Under the pieces are notes generated by a model. That model made no database searches, had not been told where the DNA came from, and saw only the letters and a program-made list of their open reading frames with translations. A stretch of DNA of 64,000 bases, taken from assembly GCA_045863395.1 (NCBI GenBank), contig BTVJ01000032.1, positions 18,159-82,158 on the forward strand. Reading direction: 5' to 3'. Every line of letters starts with the position of its first letter. Position 1 is the first letter of the stretch. The stretch comes from Myxococcales bacterium. Lineage in GTDB: Bacteria > Myxococcota_A > UBA9042 > JABWCM01 > BTVJ01. This document shows positions 53,684 through 63,800 of the stretch, piece after piece. The position numbers and the translations under genes were made by a program.

Positions 53684-54934
53684 TCACTCCGCCATGAGCA
53701 GCCGCCCCGACCGCCGCGCCGCCACCAGGGACTCCGCGGCCCGGCCAGTGTCGAGGGCGCCCGCCTGCTGGAAGGCTGCAAGGTCCTCCTCGAAGCGCGC
53801 CGCCAGGTCCAGGTTCCCGCTCCGCCGCGCCGCATCTGCCATCAGCCCCGTCAGCCGCGCCTGCGCGCCCGGGGAGCTCTCGTTGGCCCGGAGCCACCCG
53901 TGATAGCCGATGTCGCGGGCGATGCGCAGGTTCTCCGCGTCCCGGTGGCGCCCGTGGACGCGCCGGTCTCCCCCCGCCGCGAGCTCCAGGCACAGCGGCG
54001 CCTCCTGCGCCGTAATGACGTCGCCCCGGACGGTCGCGGACGCGCCGATGCTCCCCACCGCGTAGGGCCCTGGCGCCGCGCCGAAGGGAACCGCCACCGC
54101 CACCTCGAGCACGTAGGCAGAGACGGGCGGCTCCACCGCGCCGAGGGGGATGGACCAGGACCCGAGGCGGTCCACGGCCTCCAGAGGCAGGAGCTCGGGC
54201 AGCACCCGCACCGCAGACAGGAGCCGCACCCCGGCGACGGCGCGCAGATCCAGGCGGGCGGCGACGGCGCTCACCTCCTGGGCCGAGCGCACGCGCTCCT
54301 CCAGCTCCGCCGCGAGCCCCGCCGGCTCCGGGGCATAGCAGAAGCTCCCCCGCCCCGCGTCCGCCAGCGCCGCCAGGAAGCTCGCCTGCCAGTGGCGCGC
54401 GTCGCCGAGCCCGAGGGTCCCGATGACGGCCCCCTGCGTCGCCGCCCGCCGCGACGCGGACAGCACCGGCGTCGGGTCCTCCAGCACCCGCCCGTCCGGC
54501 CCGGTCGGGTGCCCGTCGGTGACCACCCACAGGAACCGGGGCCCGTCCACTGCCAGCGCGTCGAGCGCCCGCACGCCTGCCTGGAGCGCCTCCCCGAGCA
54601 GCGTGACGCCCCCGGCGGCGCAGGTGTCGATGGCCGCGAGCACGTCGCTGTCCGCCGTCCGACCCTTCTCCGCCCCGTCGACCAGCGAGGTCACACGGCT
54701 CGCGAAGGTGAGCACCGTCAGCCGGTCCCCAGGCCGCAGCGCCCGCCACACGGTCCGCACCGCGTCCTTGGCCGGGTCGAGCCTCTCGTCCATGGACCCC
54801 GACACGTCGAGCAGCACGACGGCCGCCAGCGAAACTGGGGTCGCCGGCGCCCCGACGCGCACCGCGAGATAGTGCGTCGTGGCCCCCGCCACACCCCGCA
54901 CCGGCTGATTCCACTCTGCTGTCAACGTGAGCAT
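53684..54934 (-). CDS. Cytoplasmic vWA domain protein (TerY-like), 416 aa
   Basis: ATG at 54934 with GGAGGG upstream. MIDAS VVLLDVSGSMDE...TDGHPTG. No signal peptide. Confidence 0.72.
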   Translation of the reverse strand: MLTLTAEWNQPVRGVAGATTHYLAVRVGAPATPVSLAAVVLLDVSGSMDERLDPAKDAVRTVWRALRPGDRLTVLTFASRVTSLVDGAEKGRTADSDVLAAIDTCAAGGVTLLGEALQAGVRALDALAVDGPRFLWVVTDGHPTGPDGRVLEDPTPVLSASRRAATQGAVIGTLGLGDARHWQASFLAALADAGRGSFCYAPEPAGLAAELEERVRSAQEVSAVAARLDLRAVAGVRLLSAVRVLPELLPLEAVDRLGSWSIPLGAVEPPVSAYVLEVAVAVPFGAAPGPYAVGSIGASATVRGDVITAQEAPLCLELAAGGDRRVHGRHRDAENLRIARDIGYHGWLRANESSPGAQARLTGLMADAARRSGNLDLAARFEEDLAAFQQAGALDTGRAAESLVAARRSGRLLMAE

Positions 54935-55128
54935 CGCGCACCCTCCGGGAGCCTCAGGTGCGGCGAGCGTAGCAGATCCTCGGCGAGGGCGCAGCAGCCG
55001 CGTGCGCGCTCGGGGGACCGATGAAGCCTGTCCCTCAGCGACCTCGGAGACCCCGGCAGCCCACAGGGCACCACGGCCCAAGGAGACGCGCTCGATCCAG
55101 GCCCCGATCTCGAGACGGGCCCACTCCC

Positions 55129-58100
55129 TCACCCCTCGTGCAGCGAGGCCCGCGACAGATAGAGGTGAACGACCACGGTGGCGAACAGGGCCAGGGCGGT
55201 CCAGGCGAGGAGGACATGGGGGTACAGCGCGGTCGAGACGACGCCCGCGAACGCGTCCGGGAGCCTGAGCTGCACCTCGAACGGGAGCCCGAGCACGTCG
55301 CTGCCCGCCAGTCCCGCCTGCTCCAGCTTCGCGAGGTCGGCCTGTGATTCCCCCGTCATCACCCGACCCGCGAACAACTGAAAGACAAGAGCCACGATAT
55401 AGCTCTCCGCCATGGTCACGCCGAAGAGGATGCGGGTGCGGCGATTCACCTGTGACATGCCGTCCCGGCCGGACCACCCTCCAGAGGAGCGGCCGTCCAT
55501 GGGGGCAACCACGCGAGAGGCCACCTCACCTTGCATATAGCGCCAGGTCAGGCTTCCCCCGATGGCGACGGCGGCCAGGACCCCCAGCGGGCTTGCGCAC
55601 AGGAGGAGTGTCCAGAGCTCGTCCGAGAGGAACAGGCCGGCGACGACGACGAGCATCGCCCCAAGGATCCTTGGCGCGACCATGCGGACGAAGGGCGTGA
55701 CCCGCGTGACCCGTGCTGCACCATCCGTGGCACGGAACAAGCGCCCCGCTACGCGAAACAGCCAGTCCAGCGAGACCCACAGGACAGCCACGGCCGCAAG
55801 AAGCGCGAAGACCGCAAGCTGGACAGAGAAGGCCCACCCGGTCACGGCCGCGACCTGGCCAGGCGCAAGAGAGGCTCCCGCGAGCCAGGACGCAAGGAAG
55901 GGAGAGACGACGATCAACCCCACCAACCATGGGCGGCGGACGACAGCGAAGAGAGCCCGCGACGGCTCGAGCCACCGCGACGCATCTGCCGCTGCGACCT
56001 CGTCGAGCATGAACCGTCCAAGCATCCAGCGACCCAGGACCTCGCGCAGGCGCGCCCTCTCTTCGGAAGCAATGGACTCCGGGACCATGAGGACCGAGTG
56101 CTCTCCCTCCACCCATGGGCGAGGGTCCTCTCCGAGGCGCATGTGCAGGTCCTTCACGGAGCTCTCATCGTTCTCCGCAAGGAGGTCCCGGACGGTGGTC
56201 AGCCAGTCGCACCGCTCCTGAATGCGGGCACGCAGGTCCGACACCGTCTGGTTGAATGCGTCGACCAGAGGCTGATAGAGCGCAGCTCTGGCTATCTCGA
56301 TCAGGCCGGTGGCGGGGTCATCGAGCTCCCGTAGACACTCCTTGAGCACCACGACGCGTGCGGACAGGCTGTCCATGGGCAGGCCCGCCTCGTGAGCCAG
56401 GCGCCCGATGATCTGGTCAGCGCGCGGCAGGATCCTCCACAACCCCACGATCTCACGGCTGCGCTCCCGTTCCGGGAGCTTCCGCACCTGCTCCTCCATC
56501 TCCTTCACGTAGCCGGCCAGCCGCTTCCTCCCGCCCGCTTCCGCCACAAGATCCGACCAGGAGCCGCCCGCCAGACACGCGAGCTCCGCCAGCCCATTGA
56601 GGGCGTTCTCCTTGGCCCTCACATAGGGGGTCGAATCATCGGTGCAGCGCGCACCGTCGGCGCCTGACGCCAACGTGGCGGCCAGGTCCCGGAGCGCCTG
56701 GACTGTCGGCCCCCGGGCGCCGCTGCCCACCGTCCCCATCAGCTCGTGGAGCGCCGGCAGGAGCCGGTGTGTGTTTACGTGCGCGACGCGCTCCACCATC
56801 CGCTCGATGACCCTTCCATCACAGCCATGGGCCATCAGATCATCGAGGAACCGTACGGTCCGGTCCCAACGAATCACGGACTGCGCAGGGGTAGAGTTCG
56901 CCCAGCCACCGACCACGACCCGCTCAAGGACGATGTCCACGAGGTCACCCACCTTCTTGGGGTCTGTGACAGGACCCCGGACCAGCTCCAACACCCTGTC
57001 CTGCAAGAGGGGATGCAAGTTGATGGGGTAATCGGACCGCTCGAGCTCCACCAGGCTCCCAGCGACGTCCGGCGTCTCCTCCAACGTCCGGGCCAGGGCT
57101 GCGATGAACGCGTTTCGGTACGAGGAGTTCGTCGCTCGGGTTTCGGCGATCTCCCCGAGGCGCTCGAGCATCCACTCCACGAGGGTGAGCAGCGAGACGC
57201 CCATCCTCCGCGCTCGCCAATCGTTGCCAGACATCAATAGTCGCGCTCGCGCTATGGCGTGGGACGTCCGGATGGCCTCGATCCCCCAGACCCGCAAGGC
57301 CTCCAGCGCCGGGTCACGGGCGCCGAGGTCAGACAAATCGAACAGTGGCGTCGGAGGCGGCGCAGGCTCAGCCGCGGGGTTCGCTGCGAACGCGACCCAG
57401 TCGCGCACCCTCCCGAGAGCGAGCGTCACCGCCGGACCGGTCCCGAGAATCTCCAGAGCCCGTGCTTCATCCAAGGCAGCGACGCCGTGAATCTGCGCAA
57501 GTTGCAGAGGAGCATGGAGCTGCAGCGCGCGTGCCGCAGCGCGCATGACGGCCCACGAGTGCCCCTCGTCGCGCGCCGCCAGGTCGGCGATGCGTGGCGG
57601 GAGGGCCTGCTCCGTCAAGAGCACGATAAGGGCGACGGCGTGGCTCCGCGCCGGGCACTCTTCCATCGATGAGAGGGCGGCCAACACCCGCTGCGACATC
57701 CCCGCGAGGTGAAGCGACCGGACCCCCAGCTCGACCGCGGCAAATCTTCGCTCCGCGTCGATGAGGCTGCCACCGCCTCCGCTCGTGGCTTGCGCACACG
57801 CCACGACCGCGCCGACCAGCGTGTCACCGATGGCTCCGCGATCCGCGATGCCCCGGTGCAACGCCTCGGAGAGCGCCTCGATGACCGCGGCCTGTACGAG
57901 GGAGTCTCGCTGAGCGCCCACGTCGTGGGGCCAGAGCCCATCGATGCGGTGGGACACCCGCGAGATCCCGCCTTCTTCAGATGTCACGGTCAGGCCGCAG
58001 CCGGCCACCCAGAGCAGCGATGCCAGGTTGGCGGCGGATTGGGGGGCCTCCTCCACCACCCGGCCGACATGCTCCTGGAGCCGCTTGCGCACACCTCCCG

Positions 58101-58851
58101 CCGGCTCCGCGGCGGTCTCCTCAGGCATGACCCGATGCACCTCGATGGCGCGAGGGAGACCGGCCAGCAGAGACCTGTGGAAGGGCGGCTTCGCTCCTGC
58201 GGGAGCACCACGGCGCGCTCCCTTCCCTGTCTTGACGCTCTCCGCCTTCGCGGGCGGCAGTGCGCCCAGGGTCCCCTGAATCAACAGCTCCGCAGCGCCG
58301 AACCTCTCGGCATGCACATGGGCACTCGACCACTGGTCCAGCGTGGCCAACGCCTTTGCCGCGGCGGAGGCGGACTCGAACACGGGCAACCGCGCCTCCC
58401 GGTCGAGCCAGTCGCGCACCACGCCCAGCGCCCTCTCCGGCGGAGGCGTCCCCTTGCCGCGTTCCAGCTCTCCGATGACGGAGGCCAGCTCGCCAAACTC
58501 CCTCTGGCCGAAGTGCGGTAGAGCCTCGGCCAGAAACCGGAGGACCCCGGAGCGGAGGGCAACAGGCCCGAGCACGGATGGGTAGTGCGACGTCCCTGGC
58601 CCCTTGGCCGATGCTCCATCCGCCACGTTCAGTGGCCTCACCGAGCGAAGGACGAGGCGTACGGATCGAATGGCGAGGGGAGCCCAGCAGACGCCGTCCG
58701 AGATGCTCGTCCAAGAGGCCGGATGTGAGAGCCACCACTCGAGGGCGCAAGCATCCCGCGAAGAGAGAGTCTTTGCGCTGGCAATGCGTGCTGCGCAGCT
58801 CGCAAGCGCAGTCGCTAGCCCGATTCCGCCGGAGCCCGTCTCGCCGTCCAT
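55129..58851 (-). CDS. Giant alpha-helical protein with C-terminal polytopic membrane domain (1240 aa)
   Basis: ATG at 58851 (plus CAT 58849-58851) with GAGGGG upstream. The ORF-track ORF 55129..59502 has an Arg/Pro/Gly-rich N-terminal extension judged non-coding. ~1000 aa helical repeats, then about 6 TM helices in the last ~250 aa. Confidence 0.58.
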   Translation of the reverse strand: MDGETGSGGIGLATALASCAARIASAKTLSSRDACALEWWLSHPASWTSISDGVCWAPLAIRSVRLVLRSVRPLNVADGASAKGPGTSHYPSVLGPVALRSGVLRFLAEALPHFGQREFGELASVIGELERGKGTPPPERALGVVRDWLDREARLPVFESASAAAKALATLDQWSSAHVHAERFGAAELLIQGTLGALPPAKAESVKTGKGARRGAPAGAKPPFHRSLLAGLPRAIEVHRVMPEETAAEPAGGVRKRLQEHVGRVVEEAPQSAANLASLLWVAGCGLTVTSEEGGISRVSHRIDGLWPHDVGAQRDSLVQAAVIEALSEALHRGIADRGAIGDTLVGAVVACAQATSGGGGSLIDAERRFAAVELGVRSLHLAGMSQRVLAALSSMEECPARSHAVALIVLLTEQALPPRIADLAARDEGHSWAVMRAAARALQLHAPLQLAQIHGVAALDEARALEILGTGPAVTLALGRVRDWVAFAANPAAEPAPPPTPLFDLSDLGARDPALEALRVWGIEAIRTSHAIARARLLMSGNDWRARRMGVSLLTLVEWMLERLGEIAETRATNSSYRNAFIAALARTLEETPDVAGSLVELERSDYPINLHPLLQDRVLELVRGPVTDPKKVGDLVDIVLERVVVGGWANSTPAQSVIRWDRTVRFLDDLMAHGCDGRVIERMVERVAHVNTHRLLPALHELMGTVGSGARGPTVQALRDLAATLASGADGARCTDDSTPYVRAKENALNGLAELACLAGGSWSDLVAEAGGRKRLAGYVKEMEEQVRKLPERERSREIVGLWRILPRADQIIGRLAHEAGLPMDSLSARVVVLKECLRELDDPATGLIEIARAALYQPLVDAFNQTVSDLRARIQERCDWLTTVRDLLAENDESSVKDLHMRLGEDPRPWVEGEHSVLMVPESIASEERARLREVLGRWMLGRFMLDEVAAADASRWLEPSRALFAVVRRPWLVGLIVVSPFLASWLAGASLAPGQVAAVTGWAFSVQLAVFALLAAVAVLWVSLDWLFRVAGRLFRATDGAARVTRVTPFVRMVAPRILGAMLVVVAGLFLSDELWTLLLCASPLGVLAAVAIGGSLTWRYMQGEVASRVVAPMDGRSSGGWSGRDGMSQVNRRTRILFGVTMAESYIVALVFQLFAGRVMTGESQADLAKLEQAGLAGSDVLGLPFEVQLRLPDAFAGVVSTALYPHVLLAWTALALFATVVVHLYLSRASLHEG

Positions 58852-59039
58852 ATGCCTGCCCCTCGCGTGGAGTGTGGAGGCGATAGTGTATGTCCACTTG
58901 AAGCCGGCGCGCAATCGTGGATCGGTGGGCGAGAGGCGAAGGCGTGGGACCAAGCTCGGAACCTTGACGGAGCCGCCATCCGCGGGGAAGGAAGCCGCAG
59001 GCAGCGCCTTGACCCGCGAGAGCGACTCCGGTCGCTCCG

Positions 59040-60596
59040 CTACGCGTGGAGGATGGTCACCGCCACCCCTCGGCGAGTGCGGGCGTCCTCGAAGCGGGTG
59101 CGATCCTCCACCGGGGGGGCGACGCTGCGGCGGTCGAAGACCACCAGCCAGCCATGATCCAGGCTGAGGTGGGTGAGATACGCCTCGATCTGTCGGAGCC
59201 CCTCCGCGGTGGGGTCGGCCTCCCCGTCGCGGCGCATCTTGAGCTCCAGGGCCTCCCGCTGCCAGCCTCCCTGGTGGGGCCACCGGACGAGCACGTCGAT
59301 GCGGCGCATGCCCACGCCGTACTCGCGGTCGACGAAGCCGCCGCCGTTGACCACGCGCTGGAGCCAGGCGGAGAGCACGAGCTGCGCCGCCACCTCGTGG
59401 TAGGGCATCTTCGGAGCGAGCGCCGCACCTTGCTCGCGCCAGAATCCGGCGAAGGCGTCGAGGAGGGTCCGCAGGTCGAGGCGCCCCGTGCCGTCTACCC
59501 ACGGGCGGTCCGGGAGGGAGATGTTGGACTCGGCGGCAGAGGCCAGCACACGCACCAGCACCTCCCGGTAGATGGGGTTGGCCACACGCAAGGGCTTGTC
59601 CACGACCAGACCCAGGTCGCGAACGAAGGCCACGTCGTCGTTGTACGCGTCGCCCCCGATGGAGTCTCCGGAGAGCAAGGGCTCGATGACACGGCGGACG
59701 CGGGGTTCCTGGAGCCGGGCCACGAGGGAGTCGAGGTGGGTCTGGCGGGCCAGGATCAGGCGCTCCTTGGCCTCGTCGCAGTGAGCGACGGTGATGGGGG
59801 TCGGCGGCAAGATGCCCACCTCCTCGATGATCTCACGCGCGAGGGCGTTGGCGAGCCAGGGCTGCCCGCCCGTCAGCTCCAGCGCCCGATCCAGCGCCTC
59901 GCCGGAGAAGGGCTGACCCGTCTCGGCCGTGTGCTGGGCATACAGCGCGGCGAGATCAGCACGGCCGAAGACCCCGAGACGCAGCGACTTCGTCTTGACG
60001 TTGAAGGGGCTCGACGACCCGATGTGGTCCGGGTCCGCAACTGCCGCCATGCGGTAGTCGCGCACGTCCCGCAGGCCGCACAGGGCGACCGACCAGGGGA
60101 AGCCGCGCCCGCGGTACTGGAAGCCCGCGCGAAGCTGGCGCAGCACGGAGAGCAGGCTCTCGCCCCGCAGCGCGTCGATCTCGTCGAACAGCAGCACCAG
60201 CGGGCGCGGGCAGGAGAGGCTCCACTCCATGAGGAGGTCGGTGAGCATCCCCGCGGGCTCTGCAGGGATCAGGGTCGGAGGGCGCAAGTCGTCCGGGAGA
60301 TCCAGGCGCGCGGCCACCCTGAGCTGGTGCAGGATCGCGCGCTGCGCCGCTTCGGTGTCTTCCCTCGCGCCGGCTGCCGTCTCGCAGGAGAAGGCCAGCG
60401 CCGCGTAGCGCCCCTCGGCGGTCAAGGTGTGCGCCAGCGCCCGAATCGAGGTGGTCTTGCCGGTCTGCCGCGGCGCGTGGATGACGAAGTACGCCCCCTG
60501 GTCCACGAGCTTGCGGGCGTCGGGGATGCGGTCCAGTGGCGGGAGCATGTAGTGGCGGCCTTCGATGCAGGGCCCGGCGACGTTGAAGAACCTCAT
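59040..60596 (-). CDS. Archaeal-type AAA+ ATPase (ATPase_2-like) with C-terminal PD-(D/E)xK nuclease-like domain (518 aa)
   Basis: ATG at 60596. MRFFNVAGPCIEGRHYMLPPLDR...YFVIHAPRQTGKTTSI (Walker A), LLFDEIDAL (Walker B) and C-terminal RIDVLVRW...REALELKMRRD (D...ExK). Confidence 0.68.
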   Translation of the reverse strand: MRFFNVAGPCIEGRHYMLPPLDRIPDARKLVDQGAYFVIHAPRQTGKTTSIRALAHTLTAEGRYAALAFSCETAAGAREDTEAAQRAILHQLRVAARLDLPDDLRPPTLIPAEPAGMLTDLLMEWSLSCPRPLVLLFDEIDALRGESLLSVLRQLRAGFQYRGRGFPWSVALCGLRDVRDYRMAAVADPDHIGSSSPFNVKTKSLRLGVFGRADLAALYAQHTAETGQPFSGEALDRALELTGGQPWLANALAREIIEEVGILPPTPITVAHCDEAKERLILARQTHLDSLVARLQEPRVRRVIEPLLSGDSIGGDAYNDDVAFVRDLGLVVDKPLRVANPIYREVLVRVLASAAESNISLPDRPWVDGTGRLDLRTLLDAFAGFWREQGAALAPKMPYHEVAAQLVLSAWLQRVVNGGGFVDREYGVGMRRIDVLVRWPHQGGWQREALELKMRRDGEADPTAEGLRQIEAYLTHLSLDHGWLVVFDRRSVAPPVEDRTRFEDARTRRGVAVTILHA

Positions 60597-60823
60597 GGGC
60601 GGCAGGGTACGCCCCCACGGGCCGGGCGGCAAGACAGGCGACGTGTCGTTCTCTGGGAGTAGAGCCGGTGGAGCGCAAGGCACCGCTCGTGGACCGTCGC
60701 GCCGGGGCGAGGAACGGAGGGCACGGCGGCAGAGTTCTGGACACCCTCGTCACGTCTGGCGTAAATTGCCGCCACCACGACCCGTTCGGAGCGGCCGGGC
60801 CACCGCCGTCAGGAGGGGCGCTC

Positions 60824-63800
60824 ATGAGCGCGAGCCATCGCTGGGCCACCGTCATCGTCGCGCTGGGCCTCGCCGGCGGGTGTACCGACGACGCCACGCC
60901 CGGGGCCTCCGTGGGCGGCGACGGGGGCACGGTGAGCGATGGACGAGACGCAGCGAGCAGGGTGGACGCCCCAGCGGACGACGGACTCACCGGTGGGGCC
61001 ACCAGCGACTCCTCGCCGACCGAGACGGGCGACTCGGCAGGCACCGCGCTCAGCGGGTGGGCGCAGCTCACGGGGCCGGTCGCGGGCGCCGTCGTGGAGG
61101 TCTGGTCCCTTGATGAGGAGCTTGCCCCCGTCTCGGTGGTGGCGACTGGAAGTACTGGCGAGAACGGCGCATTCTCGCTGGACCTGGCGCCGGGCGTGAA
61201 GGGTTGGGTGGAGGTACGCCTGACCGGGACCAAGGCACGGTATGCGGTCGGAGGTGAGGCGGAGTCCTTGGACCCGGACGACCGCCTCGCCACGCTGGCC
61301 TCGGTGACACTTGGGGCAGACACGGCGCACGTCGCCGTCCACGGCTGGACCACCATGGCGGTCACCCTGGCGCGCGCCTACGCTTCGAAGGGCGACGGGG
61401 GGGCGGCGGCGATCCAGCTCGCGTACAGGCGGCTGGAGGACCACCTGTGGCGCCCCGAAGACGCTGCCATGGGCGCCCAGCTCGTGACCCTGCCGGGCGA
61501 AGCGGCCTATGACCCCGACCGGCCCGACTCGCGCCTGGGGCTCACCCACCTCGGCTTCGCGGGGCTGGCGGCGCGGTGGAGCGCGACGTCCGGAGACTCC
61601 GTGAAGGTCATCGACGTGGTGACGGCGCTGTCCCGCGACCTGGACAACGCGCTGTTCGACGGCCTGCGCCACGCGGCAGACGGGAGCCTGCTGCCCGTGG
61701 CCGTCGGCGAGTCGAAGCCGCTCGGCGTGGACACCACGCGCCGGGACCTGGCGCGGGCCATCCACGAGATGACGCAGGGTGTCGACCAGGCGCCGCTGTT
61801 GGCGGCGGGGGGCATTTACGAAGATCTGAGCCTGGACGACGGCTTGCTCTACCCACCCGCGCCCTCGCCATCGGCCTTCGACCCCGAGGCGCCGGACCTG
61901 GCCTGGGAGCCTCCAACCCCGGCGGAGGGGAGCATCGTCTCGCACGACTTCACCGCGCGGGTGACGGCGACCGACCCGTCCGGCGTGACCGAGCTGGTGG
62001 CAGCGCTCGTGGCGGGCGACGTGGAGACTCCACTGGTCCTCGCGGAGCTGGGCGGGATGGGCACCGCCCGCACCGCCGAGGTCGCCGTCACGGTGGAGGG
62101 GCTCGACCAGGGACAGCACGCCGTGCGCGTCACCGCGCGCGACCCCGACGCCAACACGGCGACCATCGAGCGCGCCTTCCACGTGGACACGGTGGCGCCG
62201 TTCGTGAGCTTCGGATCGCTGCTACCGGCGACCGCGTCTCCCACGATCACGTTGGGAGGTGCGGCGAAGGACCCGGAGCCTCAAGTCGGGTTGTCCGCGG
62301 GCGTCGCGGCCGTGGTGCTCTCGGTGGGCGGCGTCGAGACCGACGCCGTGGCCAATGGAGCGACCTGGTCGGCGACGGTGGCGTTCCCCGGACCCGGCTC
62401 CCACGAGATCCGGGTGACCGCGGAGGACGGGGTAGGAAACGCGGCGACCGTCGCACAGATCACGCTGTTCGACCCCAACCCGCCGCAGCTCACCATCACG
62501 TCGCCGGAGGAGGGCCAGTGGGTGAAGGCACCGGCCGGGGTCGCAGGCACCGCCCCGGACGCCGGTGTGGGAGGCGTCGCCGTGACAGTCACGGTCAACT
62601 TCACGACGCTGGACGCCACCTTCGGAGAAGACGGCGCGTGGTCCGTCCAGCTCCCGGCGCTCCCGGACGGGTCGTACTCCGCCCTCGCCAAGGCGACCGA
62701 CGCGCTGGGCAACCAGGCGGTCGCCGTGCGCACGCTGCTCTTGGACAACACGCCCCCCGTGATCGGGGTTGCCCCTGGGCTCGACGGCTCCTTCACCGCG
62801 AGCGACAGCGTCGTCGTCAGCGGGACCGTCAGCGACGCGGGGAGTGGACCGGCGAGCGTGACCATGACCGCCGACGGGCAGCCTGTGGTCACAACGTTGG
62901 TCGCGGGCGTCCCCACGACCTTCTCGGCCACGGTTCCAGTCTCCACGGCCGGCACGCTGGTCTCGATCACGGGCCACGACAACGCGGACAACTCCAGCGC
63001 TCCGTTGACCCTCACCATCACCCGCGACCTGACCCCACCCGTCGTGGCGGTGACGGCGCCGGCGGGCCCCGAGGTGTGGACCAACACGGCCGTCCTGATC
63101 GAGGGGACGGCAGAGGACGCGGGCGCCGGCGTGGCGGCCGTCCATCTGGCTGTGGACGGTGGGCCACCGAGCGCGGCGGCCATGTCGGTGGACCCGGCGA
63201 CGGGCGTCGTGACGTGGTCCAAGTCGTTCGCGCCGCTGCCCGGCGGCACGCTCGCGGAGGGGCCGCACACCATCGAGGTGTGGGCGGTGGACATGGTGGG
63301 GAACGCCTCGGTGGCGGTGGGGGTGGGCGTTGTGGTGGATGTGACTCCGCCGGTGTTGGGGTTGGGACCGGACAGCGGTTATGTACCCGAGGACCTCTGC
63401 TCGGTGGAGTTTGCTGGTGGGATCGCCACGTATCACTGCCCCGACGGACCTTCGGGAAGCAACATCCTGTCCAACCTCTGCACCACATCTTGCGGCCCCC
63501 TCAAGAAGTTCCCCCAGCGACTCGGACACGGACTTTCGAGCCAAAGCGTATCTGCACTTCAGGCGAACAACATTCCGCACTTCGCTCCATGGGCCAACGA
63601 CAACTCAACGTCATGGCTGGGGGGCGCACTGCCCGTTCTTTCCTACCGCTTCCGCTTTCCGTCGGCGCCAGGACTGGCGGAGATTACCGCCTGGCTCCCG
63701 GTGGCAGCGTCGGGAGTGGTTCCGATAGCCGTGCAGTCTTGGGGGGGTACAAGTACCATCCCCGACTCTTCGACCAAGCTCCCGACCGGCATCGAGTTCC

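Noticed and set aside
52971-55024. 656-aa minus and 641-aa plus ORFs
   Set aside because: Overlap the PP2C/vWA genes in wrong frames or antisense; no motifs.
55129-59502. Full 1457-aa extent of the ORF-track ORF
   Set aside because: The first 217 codons are Arg/Pro/Gly low-complexity. An ATG with GAGGGG upstream at 58851 begins the plausible protein, so the gene was trimmed rather than rejected.
59046-60662. 538-aa plus-strand ORF
   Set aside because: Antisense of the ATPase_2/PD-(D/E)xK gene.
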